A stretch of DNA of 56,419 nt. Origin: a virus. Its lineage: Duplodnaviria > Caudoviricetes. The notes beneath the pieces are model-generated. The model had not been told where the DNA came from, did not search any database, and was given only the letters and a program-made list of their open reading frames with translations. A program made the position numbers and the translations under genes. Location of the stretch: positions 1 through 56,419 of IMG/VR virus record IMGVR_UViG_3300028708_000002. One strand, written 5' to 3'. Below are positions 8,938-17,362 of this stretch, piece after piece (the stretch's first letter is position 1; the number at the start of each line of letters is the position of its first letter).

Positions 8938-9526
8938 GGATCCACTCTCCTAGTCGCTCCCAGTGCTCCTCGATGACCGGCCGCAGCCTCTTCTCATACA
9001 GCCCCTTCGCCGGATGGTACATCGGCCAGAAGACGAAGGGTGTCCGGTACATTGCTTGGCCTACCACCTGCCCCATCGGACCAAGCTCCGCCGCGAGGGC
9101 ATTCTTGGCAGTCGCGCCGAGGAGGACGATGGTGTAGGGACCTCCCACCGCCCTCCACTCGCGCCGGAGGTAGTCGCGGGACGCCACTACCTCGGCAAGG
9201 GTCGGAGTCCGGTTGCCCGGAGGCCGGTACTTCACGACGTTGGTAAGCCAGGCGTTGGCGTCCCGCCGTATGCCATCCTGGCCGATCGTCTCGGTGACGC
9301 TGATACCGGCGACGCCCATCAGCTGATCGAGGACCCGCCCGGACGCGCCACAGAACGGCCTGCCCTTGGTATTCTCGGTCGCTCCCGGCGCTTCCCCCAC
9401 AAGGAGGTAAGTTGCCGATTGCGAACCGATCCCAGGGACTAGACGGATATGCGCAGTCCGCAAGTGCTCAAACAGTGGGTCCTCGCGGATGTCCTCATAG
9501 ATGTCAGCCACGCTCTCCGATGGCAT
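8927..9526 (-). CDS. Uracil-DNA glycosylase, family 4-like
   Basis: VGEAPG, GRPFCGASG, NVVKYRPPGNRTP and YHPA motifs. Confidence 0.88.
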   Translation of the reverse strand: MPSESVADIYEDIREDPLFEHLRTAHIRLVPGIGSQSATYLLVGEAPGATENTKGRPFCGASGRVLDQLMGVAGISVTETIGQDGIRRDANAWLTNVVKYRPPGNRTPTLAEVVASRDYLRREWRAVGGPYTIVLLGATAKNALAAELGPMGQVVGQAMYRTPFVFWPMYHPAKGLYEKRLRPVIEEHWERLGEWIRER

Positions 9527-9902
9527 CGATGTTCCCTTCGCGCGGCACACCGTTGTCGATCATCTCGACAGCGAGGAGGCAGTGCCCGATGAGGTCCATC
9601 AGGATCTCGCGTTGGCCCTCTCGCGGGAGGTCAGCACCCTCCCACATCGCGCGCCGGAGCGGCCCGATCTTCCGCCAGATGTCTGCGAACTGCCCCATCG
9701 GTCCGAGCACGTGGTGGTTCCATCGTCCGTACTGCCGTGCGCCGAGGATGACGTTGTCGGCGACTTCGGCCAGGAGCTTGCTCAGGATGTACATATGCGC
9801 CGGGCCCACACTAGGGTCAGGGACCGGGCTGATTGGCGCTCCCTGTGGGCCTAGGGTGTGCTGCAGGCGCAACTCTGCAGTCACGTCGGCTGGGATGTTC
9901 AC
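9504..9902 (-). CDS. Nucleotide modification-associated domain 1 (Nmad1/DUF1599-like)
   Basis: YG...LGPMGQFADIWRK..L...E...EILMDLIGHCLL helical pattern; GAGGAGG SD plus GTG. Confidence 0.65.
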   Translation of the reverse strand: MNIPADVTAELRLQHTLGPQGAPISPVPDPSVGPAHMYILSKLLAEVADNVILGARQYGRWNHHVLGPMGQFADIWRKIGPLRRAMWEGADLPREGQREILMDLIGHCLLAVEMIDNGVPREGNIDAIGERG

Positions 9903-9960
9903 GGGGTCCTCCTCGGTCTCGCCAGGAGACTCAATTGGACCTCCGGAGGAGGGCTTGCCG

Positions 9961-10146
9961 CTAGCGTTGTCCACGGCGCAAGCCCTTCCAGCGACGCGAC
10001 CCGTTCCGGTACCGGTAGCTCCGCGTCCGCTCTGCGGAGCCGCGCGGCCTCGGGTCCTCATGCGTCCCGCACGGGCAGTTCTGACCTGGGATCGGGTTGG
10101 GGTTGAGCAGTCGATAGACCAGGTGCTGTCTAGCGTTGAGCATCAT
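9961..10146 (-). CDS. Basic hypothetical protein
   Basis: ATGA coupling and GGAGG SD. Confidence 0.45.
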   Translation of the reverse strand: MMLNARQHLVYRLLNPNPIPGQNCPCGTHEDPRPRGSAERTRSYRYRNGSRRWKGLRRGQR

Positions 10147-10892
10147 CTTCCTCCGTTCACGGGGATCACAGCGCCGGTCTGCGCCTGCGGCCCGAGGAGC
10201 GTGGACACCACAACCTCGGCGACCTCGACAGGATGGACCATCCGCCCGAGGGTGTTGCTAGCTAGCTCACGGTCCTCGGCCTCCTCAGCGCTCCAACCGC
10301 GTAACTCGGTCACGCGCTTGTCGACGTACTCCGTCATTGAGGTGTCGGAGACCTTGCCCGGTGCGACAGCGTTCACCTTCCAACCGCGCGGAGCTAGCTC
10401 GCGCGCCGCGACCTTGACTGCCATCTCCAGCGCGGCCTTGCTGGCGCAGTAGTTGAGAGAGGTCCGCATCGGTCGCCAGGCCGCGTCGCTCGTGATCGCA
10501 ACGATGGATCGTGGGACCTCGTGTGTTTCGTTCAGCGCCAGCAACCCCTGCATGACGTTGATGAAGCCGTAGACATTGATGTCCATGATCCGCTTGAAGT
10601 CCATGTAGGAGGCGTCGCCTATCCAGTCGAGTGCCGTCACCCCAGCTGAGTACACGACGTAGCGCGGGTTGGCATCCGCGATCACCTCCCAGACCGGACG
10701 CCGGACGCGGACATCAGCGTCAATCTTGTCGACTCCTGTTGCCCGCAGACCGACCATCCGGAGCCGGTCGACACAGGCCGCGCCGATGCCAGAGCGCCCA
10801 CCGAACACTAGGGCCGTTGGCGTCCCAGTGTCACCCCCGAAGCCACCTGCACTGCCCTCCACGATCTCAGGCCGTGTCGGATGTGGTCCCAT
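10143..10892 (-). CDS. Short-chain dehydrogenase/reductase (SDR)
   Basis: GGRSGIG, SAG, YCASK and VNAVAPG motifs. Confidence 0.9.
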   Translation of the reverse strand: MGPHPTRPEIVEGSAGGFGGDTGTPTALVFGGRSGIGAACVDRLRMVGLRATGVDKIDADVRVRRPVWEVIADANPRYVVYSAGVTALDWIGDASYMDFKRIMDINVYGFINVMQGLLALNETHEVPRSIVAITSDAAWRPMRTSLNYCASKAALEMAVKVAARELAPRGWKVNAVAPGKVSDTSMTEYVDKRVTELRGWSAEEAEDRELASNTLGRMVHPVEVAEVVVSTLLGPQAQTGAVIPVNGGR

Positions 10893-11521
10893 GCGTCCTC
10901 CAGTGTTAGCGCGCGGCGTAGTGGGGTGACGTGTTGGTTGTACGGCTGGTCCCGGAGGATGATGGCAGGGCCAGGCTTGAGCGGGATCGGCTCGCCAGTC
11001 TCCTCGATGTAACCTGTCCAGGTCGGGAACAGCCGATTGGCTTCATAGTACATCTCAGGAAGGTCATCCAGGATCGCCGCGACCCGCCCACCGGCCTGTC
11101 GCTTGAGCTCCTTGTACTTGTCCTCGCCAAACAGCACCGCGTCGTACTTGATGTTGTTACGCCGCAGCCACTCCCGCGTGTCTGGGTCGATGTTGTCCAG
11201 CCGGAGGTAGGGGCGGGTGGTGCAGATCCAGACCTCCGCCCCGGCGTGCCGGACGCTTGTGGTTAGCTCGCTCGCGTACGGGTACGCTGGCATCCAGCGC
11301 TTGAAGCCTCCCTGCCGGAACGCGAGCTTGGCTGCCCGGTAGTTGGCGAGCGACACGCCCATGAACCGGTGCAGCCGCTCACCGGGGTTGATCGTCTGGG
11401 CGTCCGGCATCGGCTTGTCCAGGTACTGCTCGGCGAACCAGAGGAAGTGCCGGTGGTAGTCGCCTAGCGTCCCGTCCACATCGAGCGCAACCACCGGCTT
11501 GCCCTCTCCGTTACCCCGCAT
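10808..11521 (-). CDS. HAD-superfamily phosphatase (5'-nucleotidase/PNK phosphatase-like)
   Basis: DVDGTL motif I, TTR motif II, K...LDD motif IV. Confidence 0.85.
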   Translation of the reverse strand: MRGNGEGKPVVALDVDGTLGDYHRHFLWFAEQYLDKPMPDAQTINPGERLHRFMGVSLANYRAAKLAFRQGGFKRWMPAYPYASELTTSVRHAGAEVWICTTRPYLRLDNIDPDTREWLRRNNIKYDAVLFGEDKYKELKRQAGGRVAAILDDLPEMYYEANRLFPTWTGYIEETGEPIPLKPGPAIILRDQPYNQHVTPLRRALTLEDAWDHIRHGLRSWRAVQVASGVTLGRQRP

Positions 11522-11593
11522 CGCGCACGCGGTCCCAGGAGTCCTCGGCGCGCTGGAAGCAGTCGCCGCACTCCCAGTGCATCACATCAGCCG

Positions 11594-12400
11594 TTATGCC
11601 GCCACATACCTCGCAGCGACCTCGGCTGCCGTGTGCGCCAGGACTCCCTTGGTCCACGTCCCGTATCGCCCTACCCGGACGACGCTGGGGAAGCACACAC
11701 ACGTTGACTTGACTGGCTTCGTCACCAGCGCGACGTTGTTCAGGGGCGGCTTGGTCGCCATGGGCCACTCGCAAGTCTTGTACCCCTGAATGTTGCTGGC
11801 TCTGTACCATGATGGGTTCCCTTCTCCGTTGCATACCACGGTGTTCATCGGGACCTGAACCGGGCAGGTCACGCCGCGCTCCGGCGCATCGCCCACGGCC
11901 CAGACCGACTGCGATTGGAACTGGTGCGCCGCCCGGTCGATGCACAGATTCATTGCCGGGATCGAGGAGACGATCAGTGATCCAGTCTCCGTCAGGTGCT
12001 TGACCGCGATGTCATCGATGTGGCGTCGCTCCACGAGAGCCCCGTACCGGCTCCAGGCGTCATAGTACGCGCGCCGGATATCCCACGCCGGATGCGTCCC
12101 CACAAGGCTCTCCGGTGAGACCTCGATGTCTTCCCTCGGCCTCCCGTACACCTTGTCCTTGTAGGAGATCGCGGAGCCCTTCAGCTGGTAGTCGATCGTG
12201 AACGGATCGTCATCTCCATCCAGGCCAAGGATCGGAGCGTGGAGGTACTGCGCGCCAAACATCTCCGAGCGCCGGGCCTCCTTGCTGAATATGGAGACGC
12301 TCCAGCCGTGCCGGATGAACTCGTGCGCGGCGAACAGTCCGGCCGGGCCGCACCCGAGGACAACAGCCGTCGTGATCTTCTTGTGTCGGAATAGCTTCAC
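11594..12400 (-). CDS. FAD-dependent oxidoreductase (UDP-galactopyranose mutase/protoporphyrinogen oxidase-like fold)
   Basis: VLGCGPAGL Rossmann motif, GAQYLH and C-terminal VGRYGTW. Confidence 0.8.
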   Translation of the reverse strand: MKLFRHKKITTAVVLGCGPAGLFAAHEFIRHGWSVSIFSKEARRSEMFGAQYLHAPILGLDGDDDPFTIDYQLKGSAISYKDKVYGRPREDIEVSPESLVGTHPAWDIRRAYYDAWSRYGALVERRHIDDIAVKHLTETGSLIVSSIPAMNLCIDRAAHQFQSQSVWAVGDAPERGVTCPVQVPMNTVVCNGEGNPSWYRASNIQGYKTCEWPMATKPPLNNVALVTKPVKSTCVCFPSVVRVGRYGTWTKGVLAHTAAEVAARYVAA

Positions 12401-12469
12401 AGCGCCTCCAGCGCGAATCTCAGAAGTACCAGGCCAACTACCGCGATGATCATGCCCCAGGCCATGAAG

Positions 12470-12688
12470 TCATTGAAGGTGATCGTGCTCCTGTCCTTCG
12501 CTCCATCGCTCCCAGTCGTGGAGTATGCCGTGATAGATCCGCCAGGTGGTGGGGTTGTTGAGACGGCGCGGCTCCGACTCCCGCCCCGGCAGCGGACGGA
12601 AGTCCATCGCCAGGTCCTCGCTGTGGCGCGCCTGGAGATGCTTAATGAACGTCTCATCGTCCATGTCCTCTGTGTGCGGGACTCTCAT
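12470..12688 (-). CDS. Hypothetical His-rich protein
   Basis: ATGA coupling to the BldC-like gene. Confidence 0.6.
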   Translation of the reverse strand: MRVPHTEDMDDETFIKHLQARHSEDLAMDFRPLPGRESEPRRLNNPTTWRIYHGILHDWERWSEGQEHDHLQ

Positions 12689-12906
12689 CCCTTGTTCAGG
12701 CCTGCCATGTATGCCCGGAACACAACGTCTGCCCGGAACCTGTGGTGCCCGCCCGGCGTGTTCACGACAGAAAGCCTTCCAGCTTGCCCCCACCGCGTGA
12801 CTGTCTTCGGGTCAACACGGAACAGATCAGCCACCTCGCCCGGCTTGATGAGCGCACCGGGATCGTTGACAGCCAACTCTTCCAGTCGAGCTATGGTCAT
12901 GCTCAT
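12685..12906 (-). CDS. BldC-family (MerR-like/excisionase-type wHTH) DNA-binding protein
   Basis: PGEVADLFRVDPKTVTRW..AG.L....TPGGHHRF closely resembles Streptomyces BldC. Confidence 0.85.
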   Translation of the reverse strand: MSMTIARLEELAVNDPGALIKPGEVADLFRVDPKTVTRWGQAGRLSVVNTPGGHHRFRADVVFRAYMAGLNKG

Positions 12907-12929
12907 ATCTATCCTCCCTCCTGCCGAGA

Positions 12930-12968
12930 GGGGCGGGACAAGCGCCGTCCCAACGCCTGCCCCGCCCC
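12930..12968 (-). terminator. GC-rich stem-loop after the SSB gene
   Basis: GGGGCGGGGCAGGCG / CGCTTGTCCCGCCCC with G-U pairs. Confidence 0.45.
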
Positions 12969-12983
12969 GGAGTCAGCTGCGGC

Positions 12984-13517
12984 CTAGAACGGGTCCGGCC
13001 CGTCCTCGGCGCTCTCCGCAGCGTCCTCCTCGGCGTCCTCGGCGTCATCCAGCGGCAGGTACCCACCGCCGTTCAGCCGGAGACGCTTGCCATAATCGGG
13101 GTCATTCTCCTGCTTGACCGCGATGTAGACCTCCAGCCCCTCCTCGATCGTCTGCTTGCCGATCTTGGTCAGGTATCCATCCTCATCAGTCACGGTGTTG
13201 TTGATGATGTCCTTGGCCGAGACACCAAGCGCCGCGCAGATAGCCTTGGCGCGGAACGCCGAGGACGCGGTCATGGGCATCTCATCGAACACCGGGCAGC
13301 CGTCGTACTTCTTGTGCTCCTTCTTCCAGGAGCCGTCCAGGATCCAGACCCACTTGATCTTCGGGTTGCCCTGCGTGGACTTGCCCTGCAAGGCGTGCCG
13401 GAGCGTGAACCGGTACACCCCTGGTGTCGGGATGTCACCGGAGTACGGCGTGAAGCCGCTCTCTGCGCTGTCGATGTCCTCAACGGAGATGTCTCCGCCC
13501 CACTTGACCTTAGGCAC
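12984..13517 (-). CDS. Single-stranded DNA-binding protein (DUF669-like)
   Basis: P.GVY...SxxGNP pattern, acidic tail ending DPF, adjacent to the Sak4-like ATPase. Confidence 0.7.
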   Translation of the reverse strand: MPKVKWGGDISVEDIDSAESGFTPYSGDIPTPGVYRFTLRHALQGKSTQGNPKIKWVWILDGSWKKEHKKYDGCPVFDEMPMTASSAFRAKAICAALGVSAKDIINNTVTDEDGYLTKIGKQTIEEGLEVYIAVKQENDPDYGKRLRLNGGGYLPLDDAEDAEEDAAESAEDGPDPF

Positions 13518-14352
13518 GTGCCCTCCTCCTTGTTGCCTTAACGGGGACCGGCGCTGCTGGTTGCTCCTCGCCAGCGTCGATCGTCTGAAGCACCTCGGTC
13601 ATGTTCGTATCGTCCATCCACCGAGGTAGCATGTTGAACTGGTCCTTGGCGAAATACTTGACGTCCGTCTTCGGGTCGCGCGTCTCCCGCCAAAGGAGCC
13701 TACGGACCTCCTCTGGGGGCTTGCCCTCGGCCTTTCGCATCCTGATGTCGAGGTACCCGACGCAGTGCATGAGACCGCAGATATAGTTGGAAACCTCGCC
13801 ACCCTTGCCCTGAATCCCAGGTAGCACAAGCAGTTCACCGTCGGTGTCCTCGGTCCGCATGGTGTGGGCCGTGATGAGGACGTTACACGGGAGGTCGATC
13901 AGCCGCGCAACCCATCCCTTCATGAAGTTCTGGGTGTTGAAGTAGTCCGGCTTGTCGGGGAGGTTGCGGTGCGCGCGCTTCATCGGGTTGGCATCGAACG
14001 CCTCTGCCGCGTACCCGAGGAGGAACTTGTTGCCCATCGTGGAAGCGCCGTCCACCACCAGCCAGTCGAACTCCTTGGCCGCGCCGTCCTCCAGCCACGC
14101 GACTCCGGCGAGAGCCGATGCGGTGTCTGGGATGAGCCGCCCCTTGCCCTTCCCGCCCAGCCGGATCGCCGAGATGTACCCAGGCTCTCCCGCAAACCAG
14201 AAGTTCTTGCCCGGTAGCGATCCGGCGAGGACCGTCTTGCCCACGCCGGAGTCGCCGTACACCAGAATGTTCTTGTACTCCGAGGAGCCCTCCAGCTCAA
14301 AGATGGCAGCCTCAAAGTCGGCGCTGCTCATCCCCTTCTTTTCGGTTGCCAT
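13510..14352 (-). CDS. AAA/RecA-like ATPase (Sak4/AAA_24-type recombinase)
   Basis: YGDSGVGKT Walker A, LVVDG Walker B, ITAH and AKD motifs. Confidence 0.85.
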   Translation of the reverse strand: MATEKKGMSSADFEAAIFELEGSSEYKNILVYGDSGVGKTVLAGSLPGKNFWFAGEPGYISAIRLGGKGKGRLIPDTASALAGVAWLEDGAAKEFDWLVVDGASTMGNKFLLGYAAEAFDANPMKRAHRNLPDKPDYFNTQNFMKGWVARLIDLPCNVLITAHTMRTEDTDGELLVLPGIQGKGGEVSNYICGLMHCVGYLDIRMRKAEGKPPEEVRRLLWRETRDPKTDVKYFAKDQFNMLPRWMDDTNMTEVLQTIDAGEEQPAAPVPVKATRRRARA

Positions 14353-14355
14353 CCC

Positions 14356-14838
14356 TCACCGTCCCGAGGTCGTGAGCGTGCAGACGGCGCGGCTGTTGGG
14401 ACCGGCGACCTTGACGCGCGGTGAGTCGGCCTGTGGCACCACCTTGTTGTTGTCGAGGATCCGGCAGTAGACCTCGCCTGTCTTCTCCTGCACCGTGTAC
14501 ACGCTGAAGGTGACGGTGGCGACCTCGCCCTTGCGGTAGTGGAGCACCTTGGCAAACGGCGTCGCGTCCACCACGTCGATCGGCAGCGTCGGCTGTCCTT
14601 CGTCGCTCGGGAACTTCCGGCCGTCCGCGAGGTACCCGTCCAGCGCCATGTGCGCCCGGTGGCCTAGCGGCGTGCTACAAGCGATCACCGTGATCGTGTT
14701 CTGACCGGGGATCACAGGCGCTGGTGGGACCTCGCACACAGCCTCGGGCTGCGGCTTGGGATCGGGCTCCGGCCCTTCGGGAGGTCGCGCGCAGGCGAGC
14801 ACAGCCAGCACGAGGAGCGCCGCGAGGACGCGCCTCAC
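14356..14838 (-). CDS. Lipoprotein
   Basis: MRRVLAALLVLAVLA-C signal with lipobox and Pro-rich linker. Confidence 0.75.
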   Translation of the reverse strand: MRRVLAALLVLAVLACARPPEGPEPDPKPQPEAVCEVPPAPVIPGQNTITVIACSTPLGHRAHMALDGYLADGRKFPSDEGQPTLPIDVVDATPFAKVLHYRKGEVATVTFSVYTVQEKTGEVYCRILDNNKVVPQADSPRVKVAGPNSRAVCTLTTSGR

Positions 14839-15014
14839 TCCACGACCTCCACAGACACGTTGATCTGCTGGGCCTCGCGGATTGTGTCAGCCGCACCGGC
14901 CTTGGCGACGTACAGCACCTCTCGTGTTGCCTTGTTCTCGAACACAATGAACGTCTTGGTCTCCCGAGCCCGTTCCATCTTGATCGTCTGGGCAACCTTG
15001 CCGCTGCTAGCCAT
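14835..15014 (-). CDS. Small hypothetical protein (59 aa)
   Basis: GAGGAGGGAAC SD; GTGA coupling. Confidence 0.65.
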   Translation of the reverse strand: MASSGKVAQTIKMERARETKTFIVFENKATREVLYVAKAGAADTIREAQQINVSVEVVE

Positions 15015-15076
15015 GATTGTTCCCTCCTCGATTGATCTGACTCCCGAGAGGCTACCGGGCGGGTACGACTGCCGCG

Positions 15077-16216
15077 CTACTCCTCGGCGGCTGACTTCCG
15101 GTGATCCCCGTACGGGTCCTTGACGCGGTAGTTGAGGCGCTTGAAGTCCTCCCAGTTGCCACCCTCCTCCTTCAACTCGCACATGGTCTTGTGCGGGCAG
15201 AACATGCAGTTCATGCTGGATGGGTTGAGGGTTACCGGGAGGAGCCCATCACGGACCGTCTGCATATGAACGGCCTCATCCTGGATCCGCCTCAGCTGCG
15301 TCGCGCGCTCCTTGGAGGTCCGGTGGACGGTGTGCCGGAGGAACAGCGCCGGAGGCTGGACTTTGGATCGCGCGCCGAGGACCGTCAGCCTGGACTTGAG
15401 TGCGATCTGGGACAGCAGCCCCATCGGGGCCTTGTCGAGATCCGCCCCTCTGTGCCCGGACTCGCGGAGCGCCGCGAGGTAGTCTGCCTTGACCGGGAGG
15501 TTGGTGGCGTACCCCTCGGCGTCGCGGGGCCGATCGTCGGGCAGCCCCTTGCGGAGGAAGTTGTACTCAATCCCGCGCAGGCTTTCCTTGTCCCCCAGCA
15601 CGCCCTCGCGCCGGAGCGACTGGGTGGCAATCGCCCAGTAGCTACCGGCCTGGTTGTCCATCTTCAGGTGGCCAGTCTGGATGGACTTCGCGGTCTTGTG
15701 CTCCCCCAGCATCATCCAGTCGGTCCGGAGGTCGCGGTACACAAGGTCCCATGTCCCGAAGTACTGGACTAGGAGCGCACCCGGCTCGACATCATACACG
15801 CCCTGCCGCTCCTCTGGCCACGGCACGTCGATGCCGAACGTCCTTTCAGGAGCGACCACGTGCATGTAGTCATCCCGGCCATACCGCTCGACGTAGCCGT
15901 TCAGCATCCCCACGCCAAGGTCGATCGCGTCGGTGTACTCCGCCACGTCCTCATCTGTGGCGTCCTTGGTCTTCACAAACGCCAGGCCGCGCTCCTCCTC
16001 CGCCAGGCGCGCGAACGTCTCAGCAGGGTGCGGACCTCGCTTGAGGCCGGGGCCGCAGTACCACTCCGCAAGCGCGACGTGGACCAGGCCACCGAACCAC
16101 AAGCGGAGGTCCGCCCGGCCCTTGGGCACCAACCCTTCCCGCCAAGACCACCACCACTGCTGTGGGCAGCGCCCAAACGTCCCGCGCTCCGAGGTCCTGA
16201 GGATTGGTACCGTCAT
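15077..16216 (-). CDS. Cas4/RecB-like PD-(D/E)XK exonuclease
   Basis: N-terminal RCP, GTWD..EHKT, Q...Y and C-terminal CMFCPHKTMC. Confidence 0.85.
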   Translation of the reverse strand: MTVPILRTSERGTFGRCPQQWWWSWREGLVPKGRADLRLWFGGLVHVALAEWYCGPGLKRGPHPAETFARLAEEERGLAFVKTKDATDEDVAEYTDAIDLGVGMLNGYVERYGRDDYMHVVAPERTFGIDVPWPEERQGVYDVEPGALLVQYFGTWDLVYRDLRTDWMMLGEHKTAKSIQTGHLKMDNQAGSYWAIATQSLRREGVLGDKESLRGIEYNFLRKGLPDDRPRDAEGYATNLPVKADYLAALRESGHRGADLDKAPMGLLSQIALKSRLTVLGARSKVQPPALFLRHTVHRTSKERATQLRRIQDEAVHMQTVRDGLLPVTLNPSSMNCMFCPHKTMCELKEEGGNWEDFKRLNYRVKDPYGDHRKSAAEE

Positions 16217-16648
16217 CTACTTCCCCGTTCGCTTCCAGGTGCCGCAGCCGTCGCTCTTGAAGCCGACATCCTTGGCAGCTATGGTGACTCGCATCCGCGC
16301 TCCTTCGTTCCCGGAGCCGTACTCTATGGCCTCGTTGGGATTGCCGCTAAACCCGCTCAGGCGCTCCCAGAAGCAGAATGCGAAATCCCCGGTTGGGACA
16401 GTGGACGTGTAGGTCCCGGCCTTGATCTCCGCCCCCACCGCCCACGTTCCGTCGCCGAACTCCTCTGCGGCCGGAGCGTCCGGGTTGGTAATGCCACCCG
16501 GTGTGTGATCCTGCGGCTCCTGCTGGCCCGTAGCGGGCTGAACGGCGTTGTTGGTACCTCCGACAGCGGCGAGGAGCACAGCCCCTCCTCCGCACAGCAG
16601 GAGCACCGCGCCAACGCACACCGCGACGATGATGACGACCTTCTTCAT
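16217..16648 (-). CDS. Membrane-anchored secreted protein
   Basis: N-terminal TM (LLLCGGG); C-terminal GDGTW.VG.EI.AGTY..C.WER...GCGTW domain typical of actinobacterial surface proteins. Confidence 0.75.
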   Translation of the reverse strand: MKKVVIIVAVCVGAVLLLCGGGAVLLAAVGGTNNAVQPATGQQEPQDHTPGGITNPDAPAAEEFGDGTWAVGAEIKAGTYTSTVPTGDFAFCFWERLSGFSGNPNEAIEYGSGNEGARMRVTIAAKDVGFKSDGCGTWKRTGK

Positions 16649-16668
16649 TTCTCCTCCATCTAGATAGG

Positions 16669-16706
16669 GCGGTGGCCCCAGACCCACCCAGGTCCAGGGC
16701 CACCGC
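16669..16706 (-). terminator. Stem-loop
   Basis: GCGGTGGCCC...GGGCCACCGC inverted repeat. Confidence 0.5.
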
Positions 16707-16731
16707 AGTGACACGCCGCGCTTCTGCTGGC

Positions 16732-17151
16732 CTAGAAGGGCGTGTCTGCTACACCCGGCGAGGACTTGCGCGGCTGCGCGCGCCGGACGCCAGCCTTGAC
16801 CGGACCCTTGCGGACAGCTGGGGCCTTGGCCGGGGTCTCCTCGACCTCCTCCGGCTCCTCGACCGGTGCGGCCTTGGCCTTGGTCGCCTTGGCTGGCTTC
16901 GCCGGAGCGGCCTTGCGGGCGATGCCGGGCACCTTCACGCCGCTGTCCTTCCACGCGCCGTGGTTCGTGTCACTGCGCTGGAACGTCGGACGGAGGTACG
17001 CGCCGAGTGCGACGCCAGCCCTGAAAGCCTCCTCCTTGGACTTCGCCTTGGCCGGGTCATACCCGGTCTCCTCCAGCAGCCAGTCCGCGAACCGGACCTG
17101 CATGTCAGACGGTGCCTTGGTGGCATAGGCCGACAAGTCGTCTCGTGCCAT
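16732..17151 (-). CDS. Hypothetical protein with Lys/Ala/Pro-rich tail
   Basis: Strong AAAGGAGG SD; C-terminus DTPF. Confidence 0.8.
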   Translation of the reverse strand: MARDDLSAYATKAPSDMQVRFADWLLEETGYDPAKAKSKEEAFRAGVALGAYLRPTFQRSDTNHGAWKDSGVKVPGIARKAAPAKPAKATKAKAAPVEEPEEVEETPAKAPAVRKGPVKAGVRRAQPRKSSPGVADTPF

Positions 17152-17173
17152 GTCTCCTCCTTTGGTCTAGCTG

Positions 17174-17202
17174 AGCGTACTGCTGCAGCTCAATTGCCGA
17201 AA
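17174..17202 (-). promoter_or_regulatory. Promoter TTTCGG-N17-TACGCT with CAATTG in the spacer
   Basis: Spacing and motif shared with 19370-19398. Confidence 0.55.
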
Positions 17203-17203
17203 G

Positions 17204-17362
17204 TCATCGTCTCACACGGAGCGTCCGCAACTTCACGCCGCTCCTCGGCTTTCGCTCCGCGACGATGGCGCGGTATCGGGCATACCGCCCACGCTCGCGC
17301 CGGACCCCCAGGACTATCCCGAGGGCTCCGGACGCGAGCACAGACGCCACCCACACAACCAT
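17204..17362 (-). CDS. Small membrane protein with basic tail (52 aa)
   Basis: TGATG coupling to the helicase; MVVWVASVLASGALGIVLGVRR. Confidence 0.55.
   Translation of the reverse strand: MVVWVASVLASGALGIVLGVRRERGRYARYRAIVAERKPRSGVKLRTLRVRR

Noticed and set aside
12685-12906. Excisionase implying lysogeny
   Set aside because: No integrase or att-like site seen, and the sequence is closer to BldC.
15077-16216. Cas4-like gene as a sign of CRISPR-Cas
   Set aside because: No repeat-spacer array or other cas genes; it sits in a phage recombination module.
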